Shown here: positions 9,610 to 19,352 of the stretch, piece after piece | Layout of the letters: the number at the start of each line of letters is the position of its first letter | How positions within the stretch are numbered: the first letter of the stretch is position 1 | Origin: Ignisphaera sp. | Lineage (GTDB): Archaea; Thermoproteota; Thermoprotei_A; Sulfolobales; Ignisphaeraceae | NCBI GenBank assembly: GCA_038889075.1 | Contig: JAWAHS010000002.1 | Location: forward strand, 140,930 to 204,929 | Direction of reading: 5' to 3' | DNA: 64,000 bases | The notes under the pieces: generated by a model | The model's input: the letters and a program-made list of their open reading frames with translations, nothing else | The model's database searches: none | What the model was told of the DNA's origin: nothing | Program-made: the position numbers and the translations under genes

Positions 9610-10845
9610 ATGGTGTTACGTAAAACTATAATACCCTTGGGAGGCCTGGGTACTAGGTTACGTCCACTTACGGTTGAGACTTCAAAGGCTCTAGTTAGAT
9701 TTCTTAATAGACCACTTATAGAATTTACAATTGTTAAGTTAGCTAAACAGGGTGTAACAGAATTCTATATGGGGGTAAGTGGTTATTTTAATTATAGGGA
9801 AGTTTATGACTATTTCGGTGAGGGTCTAAAGATTAGAGTAAAGTATGATTTACCTAATGTTAGGATAAGGTATCAACCAAACGAGGAGAGTATAGGTAGT
9901 GCAGATTGTGTAAGGATAATCATGGATTACTATGATATTAGAGAACCGGTGCTAATTGTACAAGGTGATCTACTGTTTGACATAGATCTTCAAAGTATGT
10001 GGGCATTCCATATAAAAAATAACAGTTTTATGACTATAGCAGTAAAGTATCTTGAGAAGGAAGAGGAGTTATCACATTTTGGTGTAGCAGATATAGATTC
10101 TGAAAATAGAATTAGGAGATTCGTTGAGAAACCTAAAACATTAAAGGAGGCTCCAAGCAATTTCATAAATACGGGGATATATGTACTTTCAACTGGTTTT
10201 AGAGATTTTCTAAATAGCGATATAGTTAATTATATGAGGCAGAGAAACATGATGGATTTTGGGCAGCACATAATTCCATTGGTTATACAGATGTTTGGCA
10301 GTGTTTATGCATATGAGCTAAAAGGATACTGGTTTGACATTGGAACGCCAGAGAGATATTTAGAGGCAGTATTCTATCTTCTCCAACATATGACACCAGA
10401 GGAGCTGGAGGCAAAGCCATTAACACCCAATGTTAAGGTGCAAGGGAAGAGCCGAGAATCTAATATGCTACACCAGGAAATACTATCAAAGATTGTGAGA
10501 GGTGAGATAAAAACTGATGGCGAGATTCTTATAGGTAGGCATGTAAAAATAGGAAAGAATGTTTCACTATCGGATTCCGTAGTAGATAACTATACTATTA
10601 TCGAAGACGAAGTAAACATCAACAGGAGTGTAGTCATGGATAGATGTAGAATAGGTGCTCGAACCTCTATATCAAATAGTATAATAGGAAGGCATGTCAG
10701 AATACAAAAAAATGTTAAAATAGTTAACAGTGTTATAGGTGATGACACGATAATCGGGGATAATGTTACTCTTGTGAATACAAGGGTATGGGCTCATAAA
10801 GAGATTTCTCCAAACGCCCATATAGAAAACATAATTTTTAGCTAG
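9610..10845 (+). CDS. NDP-sugar pyrophosphorylase (nucleotidyltransferase with hexapeptide repeats)
   Basis: GGLGTRLRPLT..SKAL, FVEKP, WFDIGTP, C-terminal left-handed beta-helix repeats. Confidence 0.88.
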   Translation: MVLRKTIIPLGGLGTRLRPLTVETSKALVRFLNRPLIEFTIVKLAKQGVTEFYMGVSGYFNYREVYDYFGEGLKIRVKYDLPNVRIRYQPNEESIGSADCVRIIMDYYDIREPVLIVQGDLLFDIDLQSMWAFHIKNNSFMTIAVKYLEKEEELSHFGVADIDSENRIRRFVEKPKTLKEAPSNFINTGIYVLSTGFRDFLNSDIVNYMRQRNMMDFGQHIIPLVIQMFGSVYAYELKGYWFDIGTPERYLEAVFYLLQHMTPEELEAKPLTPNVKVQGKSRESNMLHQEILSKIVRGEIKTDGEILIGRHVKIGKNVSLSDSVVDNYTIIEDEVNINRSVVMDRCRIGARTSISNSIIGRHVRIQKNVKIVNSVIGDDTIIGDNVTLVNTRVWAHKEISPNAHIENIIFS

Positions 10846-10899
10846 CCTTATTGAATTATATGATGAAGATGCAATTTAACTCTCTATTAAAATGCTCTA

Positions 10900-12444
10900 C
10901 TAAATTGCAATCTTAGATAGAAGTGAATAAACACTTGCTAGCCACGATTTTATTGCCTTAGGATTCCAAAATTCAGCCCACCAATAATCGCTATCAAGTA
11001 CGTGATAAAATGACCATAAAGTATTTCTCAGATTTATATCATTTTTCACAATCATTTTATAGAGTCTAATGAGGTCGTAAGCTTTAGAAACTTCGTACCA
11101 TAGAGATTTCTGTTCGTATAGTTCCCCATCCCATTTATAGAAGCCGTTTAGCCATGATGTAGTTGGTATATACAGGAGTTTTCTAATTTGGGAGCAACTT
11201 TTGGTAACCTCATTTAGCGTAGATGTTTTCACAAATCCTTTCCTCTGAAGCACATCAAGATATCTATACATTGTGTAGAGGAAGGGGTATGTATTTCTAG
11301 GATATTTAGAGAAAATCATCCAGTTTTCACCGTCAAGCGCTATTGTAACAATACCTCTTCTTCTTAGAAGCTTCATTATAACGGATTGAGCACCTTTAAT
11401 TGCATGAGATTCTGAAGGAAAGTTGTTATTAAAGCCTATCGTATCACTTATTTCCTGATCCCTAAACAAAACCTTCAGCTTATTGCCATCGTATACAACT
11501 TCATAGGGTTCATATATCGTACCCTTATCTCCAACAGCTCTATGGAAATGGCTTTTGCCACATAGTACAGTATACTCTATACCACTACTGTGGTAGATCT
11601 TTACAAGTCGATCATGCCAAGCCATTTCGGGAGTCCAAGCACCCTTAGCTGAAACCCCGAGAATTTCATAGGTTAGCCTAATCCCCAAATCAAGCTCCTC
11701 TCGAATTATATCCTCCATGCCAAATCTATCTATCAGATAGCCTAGAATTGTATGCGCATAAACAGATGTGAGGACCTCTATGTTATTTGTTGATACAAGA
11801 TCCTTAAACATCTTTAGAGTTTCTTTTACCATTTCTATTTTCACATCACTACTTGGTATAGATATACCATCTTCAGTTGTATATCCATTCTCTATAGCAG
11901 ATTTCCACTGGTATAATAAACTTGGAGATAAATGGACAACGGTCTTTACATTTGGAAATAGGGAGTATATCTTAGCATGGACATAGTAAGGGCCGCCTAG
12001 AGTGTATGGTTCAAAAAGATTGTACCACACCCATCTAAATGGATAATCCGCAAAATATTTTCCGTTTGGAAGATAGTTGGGTGGCTGATGATGATGCCAT
12101 ACGATAATAGCTTCTACCAGTCTTGATGGTCTCTCATGTAGTTCTACTGAAAGAGATTCCTCAGCTATATTATTACATGCTTCCACTCTAGACGTTATGG
12201 ACATTTCTGCATTGCCATAAGTGTTGGATGGTAATGAAAATTGGAATAAGGCATAGGCAGTAGATCCATCTATTATTTTAGCAACCTTTTTCTCTCTATG
12301 TATATCAATTCCTCTATCTATTATTTTAGCCCTAAGCTCTACTTCAATATTATTACAGTTGGAAACGTTATATACATAAACTTCAGTAGCGACATCATCA
12401 CCATGTGTGTATGCCATTGAATCTGGTACTATGGCCACATTCAT
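10900..12444 (-). CDS. GH57 glycoside hydrolase with an N-terminal beta-rich domain
   Basis: WHHHQP, nucleophile WTPEMAW, ISDTIGF, ALDGENW, LDSDYWW. Confidence 0.88.
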   Translation of the reverse strand: MNVAIVPDSMAYTHGDDVATEVYVYNVSNCNNIEVELRAKIIDRGIDIHREKKVAKIIDGSTAYALFQFSLPSNTYGNAEMSITSRVEACNNIAEESLSVELHERPSRLVEAIIVWHHHQPPNYLPNGKYFADYPFRWVWYNLFEPYTLGGPYYVHAKIYSLFPNVKTVVHLSPSLLYQWKSAIENGYTTEDGISIPSSDVKIEMVKETLKMFKDLVSTNNIEVLTSVYAHTILGYLIDRFGMEDIIREELDLGIRLTYEILGVSAKGAWTPEMAWHDRLVKIYHSSGIEYTVLCGKSHFHRAVGDKGTIYEPYEVVYDGNKLKVLFRDQEISDTIGFNNNFPSESHAIKGAQSVIMKLLRRRGIVTIALDGENWMIFSKYPRNTYPFLYTMYRYLDVLQRKGFVKTSTLNEVTKSCSQIRKLLYIPTTSWLNGFYKWDGELYEQKSLWYEVSKAYDLIRLYKMIVKNDINLRNTLWSFYHVLDSDYWWAEFWNPKAIKSWLASVYSLLSKIAI

Positions 12445-12534
12445 TTCAGCACTCCTATGTAGTCTTATTTTACTAAGATAAATAAAAACAGTTATAGTTA
12501 TGTAGTATACTGCAACAGCTTAAGCTTTAATGAA

Positions 12535-14079
12535 CTAAGATACCTTAGATCCACGTAGAATTGAAATTACCATTTCTCGCAATTTTTCATAATCCTTAAT
12601 ACTGTTGACGTTCTGTGACAGTTCTTCTAATCTTGTTGCAATTTCATCTAACATGAAGAATGTTCTTATCCAGTTAGCTAAATCACCCCTACGGAGATGG
12701 TATATAATCGATTCTACTGGAACCTTCTCTAGCAATGTAATGAGTTCTGGGAGACTGCGTGCTTTTAAGCTTAGAGGTCTTCCAGGTGTTAAATAGAATT
12801 GAAATGAATAGAGAGATGGTAGGACAATATTATATGCATATTTGTATGGATTTTCAGCTATTTTACTAGATATAGCTGAGGCAAGAGCTGTTAATGCCTC
12901 AGTGTAAACTCTTAATGCAGTAAATAGGTTTTTGTATGGAGAGAAGTAGGTGTGAACCTCACCGGCAGCGCCACCTTTCATAGAGAGATAGTATAGATGA
13001 TCACTAGAGCCAAGCATTCTCCAGACCCGTAGATGATCATTGCCAACTGCTTTGGCATACGGCTCTAGGAATGTATAGAATTCGAAGATAGTTTTCTGGA
13101 TTTCGTTACCTAGCCAAGCAGATAGATCCCTCTCGTCAGCCCAACTTATTGTATTCCAAGGTGGTACATTATATACGTCTCGAATGGGGTACTTAAATGC
13201 TGCTGTAGAGGGAAATTCTGTAGCTATATTGTACTTTGCAATTTCTAGCGGAAGCCATCTTAGGAATTCGTGTATACCTGTATTGATACTATGATGTTCC
13301 CCAAATGTTTCGTAGTCTATGGCTACAAGTATTACATCGCCACTTGTTTGAGAAAGCCATTGAGCATACTTTTCGGCTGTAAGTGGATACTGATCCCATT
13401 TTTTATCTGAAAATCTAAAACCTATATCATCGCTAAGCCTATAGTTTCTGAGTAACACCCTTATATCTGAACCCCATGCTTTATATACATAATTAGGGCT
13501 TCTCCAACCTAGGACACAGTCTACACCCTCAGTTAGAATAACCCTATATCCCAGTTTATTAAGAAGGTGTGCAATATTGTTATTATATATAAATTCTGTG
13601 TTTTCCACCACAATAGGCTCGATGCCAAATATGTCACGGAGTAGACCTCTGTGCATGGCAATCTGCTCTATAAATTCATCATACTCAGGAAATAGGGATG
13701 CAAGGCTATGGTAATATGTTTGCTCAACAAGTTCTACAATACCATTAGAAACAGCTTCGGAAATCAACTCCACAACCATTCTATTCCATTTCAAAGCCTG
13801 TTCTATAAAAACACCGCTCATACTAAGTGAAAACTTAAAGTATTTGCCATATCCTTTGAGATCCTTATTTACATCAATTAAAATTTTTGTTGCCGGAATG
13901 TAGCAGTTTAGCGCCACTCTATTAAATATATTTCTATTCAAATCCTCATCAAATAAGGCAGTATACAGTAGTCTACTGTTTGACGATGATTTGAAGGAAT
14001 TCTTAATTAGATGGAATACTATGTCGTCTCTTAACCTGTAAGGCTGATGAACTTCAAACATAAATACGATATCAGTCAT
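12535..14079 (-). CDS. GH57 alpha-amylase with a C-terminal DUF5752-like domain
   Basis: FEVHQPYRL, ENTEFIYN, LSDDIGFRFS, DYETFGEH, SSDHLYY; tail SIIYHLRRGDLANWI. Confidence 0.9.
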   Translation of the reverse strand: MTDIVFMFEVHQPYRLRDDIVFHLIKNSFKSSSNSRLLYTALFDEDLNRNIFNRVALNCYIPATKILIDVNKDLKGYGKYFKFSLSMSGVFIEQALKWNRMVVELISEAVSNGIVELVEQTYYHSLASLFPEYDEFIEQIAMHRGLLRDIFGIEPIVVENTEFIYNNNIAHLLNKLGYRVILTEGVDCVLGWRSPNYVYKAWGSDIRVLLRNYRLSDDIGFRFSDKKWDQYPLTAEKYAQWLSQTSGDVILVAIDYETFGEHHSINTGIHEFLRWLPLEIAKYNIATEFPSTAAFKYPIRDVYNVPPWNTISWADERDLSAWLGNEIQKTIFEFYTFLEPYAKAVGNDHLRVWRMLGSSDHLYYLSMKGGAAGEVHTYFSPYKNLFTALRVYTEALTALASAISSKIAENPYKYAYNIVLPSLYSFQFYLTPGRPLSLKARSLPELITLLEKVPVESIIYHLRRGDLANWIRTFFMLDEIATRLEELSQNVNSIKDYEKLREMVISILRGSKVS

Positions 14080-14151
14080 CTATAACGCCTAGGATTATAA
14101 AAATGAATGATTATATAAATTTTTAATAATATTCTTAATGAGTCACAACTG

Positions 14152-15201
14152 GTGAGTGAATTGGAAAACTCCGACAATCCATATCTTATAGAGAGGTTAA
14201 CTACTATAGAGATTCGGAAGAGGAGTATAAGTGAGCTTATAAGGGCAATGGCCGACACAGCATATCAAGGGCGCGCTCTAGGAGAAGTCCACAACATTAT
14301 TATTGATATGTTGACCGATCCTGATGTAGTTATATTTATGGGTCTAGCAGGCTCTATGAGTACAGCTGGTATGTGGAAGATTATAAAGTGGTTTATTGAG
14401 AACAGATATGTAGATGTACTCGTTTCTACAGGAGCCAATATTTCAGAAGATATATATGAAGCAATGGGGTTTAGCTACTATAAGGGAAGCCCATATGTTG
14501 ATGATGGTGAACTACTAAAATATAAAGTTGACAGATTCTATGATGTATTCGCCAGTGAGATTGCTTATAGAGAGATGGAGAATTTGATAAAAGACTTTAT
14601 ATGCACACTTCCAAGTGGCTCTATCTTTTCAACAGCAGAGTTTCTATATCTATTTGGGAGGTATCTAAACAATAAAAATATAGACGGCATTGTCTCCGCA
14701 GCGTATCGCGTTGGTGTGCCAGTATTTTCACCAGCTCTAGTAGATAGTGGATATGGTATTGCAGCAGTACTAGCATTAAGAGAATCTAACCATAGAGTAG
14801 TACTAGACATGGTTAAAGATTTTGACCAAATTGTTGAAATAGGTAGAAGAGCAACAAAGATGGCCGCAATTTATATTGGTGGGGGGGTTCCAAAAGATTA
14901 TATTAATCTCGTTACTGTAGCACAGACACTAATAGCCGAAAAGGCGGGTTTAAAGGACTACTACAAATCACTCGAGTATGTAGTTCAGATAACAATGGAT
15001 TCACCGCAGTGGGGAGGACTATCTGGTGCAACACTGGAAGAGGCTGTAAGTTGGGGTAAGGTTTCGCCGAGAGCAAGGAAACGGGTCGTCTACGTTGATG
15101 CTACAATAGCATTGCCATTAATTGCTCATGCAGTCTATGAAGAAAATATAAAAAGAAAGAATCCACCTGACTTTAAATGGTTCTTTAATCACCTGGCGTA
15201 G
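14152..15201 (+). CDS. dys: Deoxyhypusine synthase
   Basis: VSTGAN, GGGVPKD, GGLSGATLEEAVSWGK (catalytic Lys), DATIALP. Confidence 0.9.
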   Translation: MSELENSDNPYLIERLTTIEIRKRSISELIRAMADTAYQGRALGEVHNIIIDMLTDPDVVIFMGLAGSMSTAGMWKIIKWFIENRYVDVLVSTGANISEDIYEAMGFSYYKGSPYVDDGELLKYKVDRFYDVFASEIAYREMENLIKDFICTLPSGSIFSTAEFLYLFGRYLNNKNIDGIVSAAYRVGVPVFSPALVDSGYGIAAVLALRESNHRVVLDMVKDFDQIVEIGRRATKMAAIYIGGGVPKDYINLVTVAQTLIAEKAGLKDYYKSLEYVVQITMDSPQWGGLSGATLEEAVSWGKVSPRARKRVVYVDATIALPLIAHAVYEENIKRKNPPDFKWFFNHLA

Positions 15202-15286
15202 AAGCAACATAGTCGTATGTTCTAAGTATAAAAACTTATTTTCTCTGTTGTTTATGGTATGCATTAATTGCTGGTGTATGTGCTGA

Positions 15287-16003
15287 ATGTTTAATAGTAA
15301 GGCAATTAAGAAGAGTGAAAAAATAAGAATTCTAAAGATGCTTAAAGCGCTAAACTTCTTCTACAGTTTGAGAGAATTAGAGGAAATGCTAAATATTCCT
15401 TTCCAAAGCCTTTGGAAATATGTGAATTTTATTGGAGTTCCAAGTGATGAGATAGCAAACGAAATTATAGAGAGAATATCTAAATCGAGGATCATTGAGA
15501 ATACATTAGTAGAGATGGCCAAGAGCAATAGCAGCAATTACTATAGTTTAGTTAGAAATATAGGATTTATAGAACTATTTACACTAGTAGTAGAAGAGAT
15601 GCTGAGGAAACTTAATATCGATATAGATTGCATATTTAGTTTGTCACAGGAAGGAGCACCGATAGCAACCTCTCTAGCATTGGAATTAGGATCAGAGATA
15701 TGCTTTCCATTAACAAATAGAAATATTCGTGAAGATGTAGCAAAGATTGTATGGTACTATTCGTATAGTGAAAGGGAATATAAATATATGCTAATTCCAA
15801 GAGAGTGCATTCACAGAGACGAAAGGGTACATATAGTTGATGTAGCTATGGATGATTCTGAGAAACTAAAGCTAATCATATCATTGATGCGAACAAACGG
15901 TGTAGAGGTTGTAGGATTTTCAACTGTATATATATCTAGTGAGTGTCTAAAAGTTCTAGAGGAGAACAATACACAAATTCTTTACTATACACATATAATC
16001 TAA
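15287..16003 (+). CDS. HTH plus degenerate phosphoribosyltransferase domain, putative regulator
   Basis: N-terminal HTH (YSLRELEEMLNIPFQSLWKYV..P) followed by a PRT-like region (EGAPIATSLA, RVHIVD). Confidence 0.65.
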   Translation: MFNSKAIKKSEKIRILKMLKALNFFYSLRELEEMLNIPFQSLWKYVNFIGVPSDEIANEIIERISKSRIIENTLVEMAKSNSSNYYSLVRNIGFIELFTLVVEEMLRKLNIDIDCIFSLSQEGAPIATSLALELGSEICFPLTNRNIREDVAKIVWYYSYSEREYKYMLIPRECIHRDERVHIVDVAMDDSEKLKLIISLMRTNGVEVVGFSTVYISSECLKVLEENNTQILYYTHII

Positions 16004-16065
16004 TGCTATATGTATCTACAGATAATTGAATAAAGTTTTTTAATAACCATATAGTAGGTAATACT

Positions 16066-16149
16066 ATGGTGAAAGAAGTGTCAAAGAAGCCGGAAAAGAA
16101 AGAAGCTAAGAAGGAGGAGGCTAAGAAGGAAGAAAAGAAGAAGAAATAA
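16066..16149 (+). CDS. Small Lys/Glu-rich protein (27 aa, or 23 aa from GTG 16078)
   Basis: MVKEVSKKPEKKEAKKEEAKKEEKKKK*. TATA-like element at about 16032-16046; GGTGA 5 nt before GTG 16078. Below the ORF-track cutoff. Confidence 0.6.
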   Translation: MVKEVSKKPEKKEAKKEEAKKEEKKKK

Positions 16150-16252
16150 TGCGACTGTTATATGGGTGAGAGGGCTGTTTCTAAATAGATAGTTGTTGTG
16201 GGAAGCTAATGAATTTTTAAAGGAAACACTACTGTGAGGCGTGAGGGGGAGG

Positions 16253-16684
16253 TTACCCAAGCAATATAATGGGTTGACCTACATTAACGTATGAACCATC
16301 CTTAACTAAAATCTTTTTTACAATACCGCTTCTAGGACTTTTAATTTCTATCTCCATTTTCATCGATTCAACTACTGCAATAGTATCACCCATGCTTACT
16401 CTATCACCTTCACTAACAAATATTTTTAGAATGCGTCCAGGTATTTCGGAGAAGATAACATTCTCTTCAAGGAGGCTAGACCCAATCTCTATAGATTTTT
16501 GGATCGTGCTAACATGTTCGTTAACCTTGTTATGGGTATTCCTACTTAATAGCTGTGTAGTATTATTGTTATTATTCTCAACTACATGTACTATATATTC
16601 TTTGGAACCTATTTTTATCCTAAGGGTATCCTTTTGCTCTTCAAATATTTCAACATCATATCTTTTATTATTCAATTCAATCAA
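16253..16684 (-). CDS. Biotin carboxyl carrier protein
   Basis: PGRILKIFV.EGD.V..GD...VVESMKME.EI.SP.SG.V, the biotinylation motif. True start may be ATA 16705. Confidence 0.9.
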   Translation of the reverse strand: MIELNNKRYDVEIFEEQKDTLRIKIGSKEYIVHVVENNNNNTTQLLSRNTHNKVNEHVSTIQKSIEIGSSLLEENVIFSEIPGRILKIFVSEGDRVSMGDTIAVVESMKMEIEIKSPRSGIVKKILVKDGSYVNVGQPIILLG

Positions 16685-16927
16685 TAGTTTATGTCTAGAC
16701 TTTATAGTGTATCACCACTTCAATCCCCAGTCTTCCATTAACTAGCTATATAGTTGAAGTAGGGGTTAGATAAGAGTTTTGTTTGTAATTATGGAATACG
16801 ATTTTTATTAGAATTATTGTTAAGGTGACGCAACCCTTATTTAACTGAGGAGTCTTAGCTGAAGTAAGCACATAGTTTTTGAAATGGTGTTTTTGAAGAT
16901 ATAATCGATTTTGATAGGGTGATACAA

Positions 16928-18502
16928 GTGGTTATGGGGGAAAGGGAAGAGATTACGATGTTGAAGGAAAAGGTTAACATAGCTAAGCTTGGAGGTGGAC
17001 AGGAAGCAATAAATCGACAGCATGCTGCAGGTAAGCTTACCGCTAGGGAACGTCTGGAGTTACTATTTGATGGTGGGATTTACACAGAAATTGATATGTT
17101 TGTAACCCATAGAGCCACAGAGTTTGGTATGAGTACAAGGAAAGCCTATGGTGATGGTGTTGTAACAGCATTTGGCAAGGTTAATGATAGGTTTATTGTA
17201 GCTATAGCACAGGATTTTACATTTATGGGTGGTTCCGTAGGCGAGATGCATGCAGCTAAAATTGTAAAAGCATTGAACTATGCAATGTCATCAGGTGTGC
17301 CAGTAGTTTTCTTTAACGATTCAGGTGGTGCTAGAATTCAGGAGGGTGTAGATTCGTTAAAGGGTTACGGCGATATATTCTACCTAAATGTTATGGCATC
17401 AGGTTCAGTACCACAAATAGCTGTAATAATGGGGCCATGCGCAGGTGGTGCTGTATATTCTCCTGCATTAATGGATTTCATAGTAATGGTTAGTAAAATA
17501 TCGTATATGTTTATCACAGGACCAAAGGTTGTAAAAGCTGCAATCGGGGAAGAGGTTACTGAGATGGAGTTGGGTGGACCAGAGATCCACGTTACAAAGA
17601 GTGGTGTAGCGCATTTCCTAGCAGAGAATGAAAGGGAAGCTATAGATATTGTTAAGAAGCTATTGTCATACATACCATCAAATAGTTTAGAGCTCCCTCC
17701 AAGGATTCAAACAGATGACGACCCAGAGCGAAGAGCTCCGCTACTTAATGATATCATTCCAGAGGATCCTTCAAAACCTTATGATATGTATACAGTGGTT
17801 GAAAATGTTGTAGACCATGGAACATTTTTTGAGGTTCAGAAAGATTTTGCTAAAAATGCAATAATCGGTTTCGCTAGACTACACGGATATAGCGTTGGTG
17901 TTGTTGCTAACCAGCCTCTTTACTATATGGGTGCACTGGACATAGATGCCTCTGATAAAATTGCTAGATTTGTAAGATTTTGCAATGCTTTCAATATACC
18001 AATTGTAACATTTGTTGACGTACCTGGTTTTGTCCCAGGAACATTCCAAGAGTATAGAGGAATAATTAGACATGGAGCAAAGATACTCTACGCATATGCT
18101 GAGGCGGTAGTGCCGAAACTTACCGTAATAACTAGAAAGGCCTATGGAGGAGCATATATAGCTATGGGTTCAAGACATCTAGGTGCAGATTTTGTAATCG
18201 CATGGCCAACAGCAGAGATAGCTGTAATGGGGCCGGATGCCGCAGCCGAGATAATCTGGCGTAAAGAGCTTCAAGCAATTAAAGATGACGGTGAAAGGGA
18301 GAAGATGCTACGAAAACTGGCAGCTGAATATAGGGAGAAACTTACTACACCCTATTATGCAGCATCAAGAGGTTATGTAGATGCTATAGTAGAGCCTAGT
18401 GAAACTAGAAGTATTCTTATAAAAGCACTAGAGTTTCTAATAACGAAAAGGGAGATAAGAATTAGACCACCACCTAAAAAGCATGGTCTAATACCCCTTT
18501 AG
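16928..18502 (+). CDS. Acyl-CoA carboxylase/decarboxylase carboxyltransferase subunit (PccB/MmdA type)
   Basis: GKLTARERL, DSGGARIQEG, GPCAGGAVYSPA, DVPGF.PG, RKAYGGAY, KKHGLIPL. Confidence 0.93.
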   Translation: MVMGEREEITMLKEKVNIAKLGGGQEAINRQHAAGKLTARERLELLFDGGIYTEIDMFVTHRATEFGMSTRKAYGDGVVTAFGKVNDRFIVAIAQDFTFMGGSVGEMHAAKIVKALNYAMSSGVPVVFFNDSGGARIQEGVDSLKGYGDIFYLNVMASGSVPQIAVIMGPCAGGAVYSPALMDFIVMVSKISYMFITGPKVVKAAIGEEVTEMELGGPEIHVTKSGVAHFLAENEREAIDIVKKLLSYIPSNSLELPPRIQTDDDPERRAPLLNDIIPEDPSKPYDMYTVVENVVDHGTFFEVQKDFAKNAIIGFARLHGYSVGVVANQPLYYMGALDIDASDKIARFVRFCNAFNIPIVTFVDVPGFVPGTFQEYRGIIRHGAKILYAYAEAVVPKLTVITRKAYGGAYIAMGSRHLGADFVIAWPTAEIAVMGPDAAAEIIWRKELQAIKDDGEREKMLRKLAAEYREKLTTPYYAASRGYVDAIVEPSETRSILIKALEFLITKREIRIRPPPKKHGLIPL

Positions 18503-18596
18503 TGCTATGATGGATAAATATGTTTTCAGTTTAAAGTCCATATTTTTCAAAAGTTTTTAATTCGAGTAACAATGGGAAGTCTTTTATGGAGGAGCA

Positions 18597-19352
18597 TTGT
18601 TGAACGATAAAGTATCCGTAAATTATCATGAAATCTTAGAGGATCGATATATAGAGGATGTGGTAAGAAGGATAAGGTTACTATTCTACATTGAAGACTC
18701 AATTGAGTTTCGTATTAATGAAGAGGAACTACAGAATTTAGAGATTAGAATAGACGGATTGCTAAAAGAGGATATCGGTAGGATTACGGTCTACGGAGAG
18801 GGAATAGCTGGCAATTTTGAATATAGAGACATTTACGAGGGTGTTGAAATAATTTTTAAACGTGGCAAAGGAATCGGTTACACTATATCGGAAATATATA
18901 GAGTTTTGGGATTTAGGATTGCAAAAAATGCGGTTGGTAGATTAAGTAAGTATTTATCTCATGGTAGAGAATATCTAATGGCGATCCTACTTAATGGAAT
19001 GACAATCATGCTTGAAGGATTTGAAAGATCTGTGGTCATTCCAGTATTGGAAAACACGATATTCATCGCTCACACTCATCCTAAAACATGGCAGACGGTT
19101 TTCTCTCGCAAAGACTTAATTGCTACATTGGATATTATATCAAAGAGAGGACTCGGGGCATGTGTAATTGCTATGGGGGCCGCTCTCTGTATTTTACGTG
19201 AAAAAGCTCTCACATTTGAAGAGTATGAGAAATTCGAGCTCCTCATCAATGACTATGGTATGGCGACAAAAGATGTGCTGGAGAGGGCTGAATTCAAATC
19301 ACTATACATACTATATTCGATGCTCGATCTCTATAGCTATTCCTTTGGATAG
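18597..19352 (+). CDS. Hypothetical protein with a C-terminal JAB/MPN-like motif
   Basis: GREY ... IAHTHP-x7-SRKD. Confidence 0.55.
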   Translation: MLNDKVSVNYHEILEDRYIEDVVRRIRLLFYIEDSIEFRINEEELQNLEIRIDGLLKEDIGRITVYGEGIAGNFEYRDIYEGVEIIFKRGKGIGYTISEIYRVLGFRIAKNAVGRLSKYLSHGREYLMAILLNGMTIMLEGFERSVVIPVLENTIFIAHTHPKTWQTVFSRKDLIATLDIISKRGLGACVIAMGAALCILREKALTFEEYEKFELLINDYGMATKDVLERAEFKSLYILYSMLDLYSYSFG

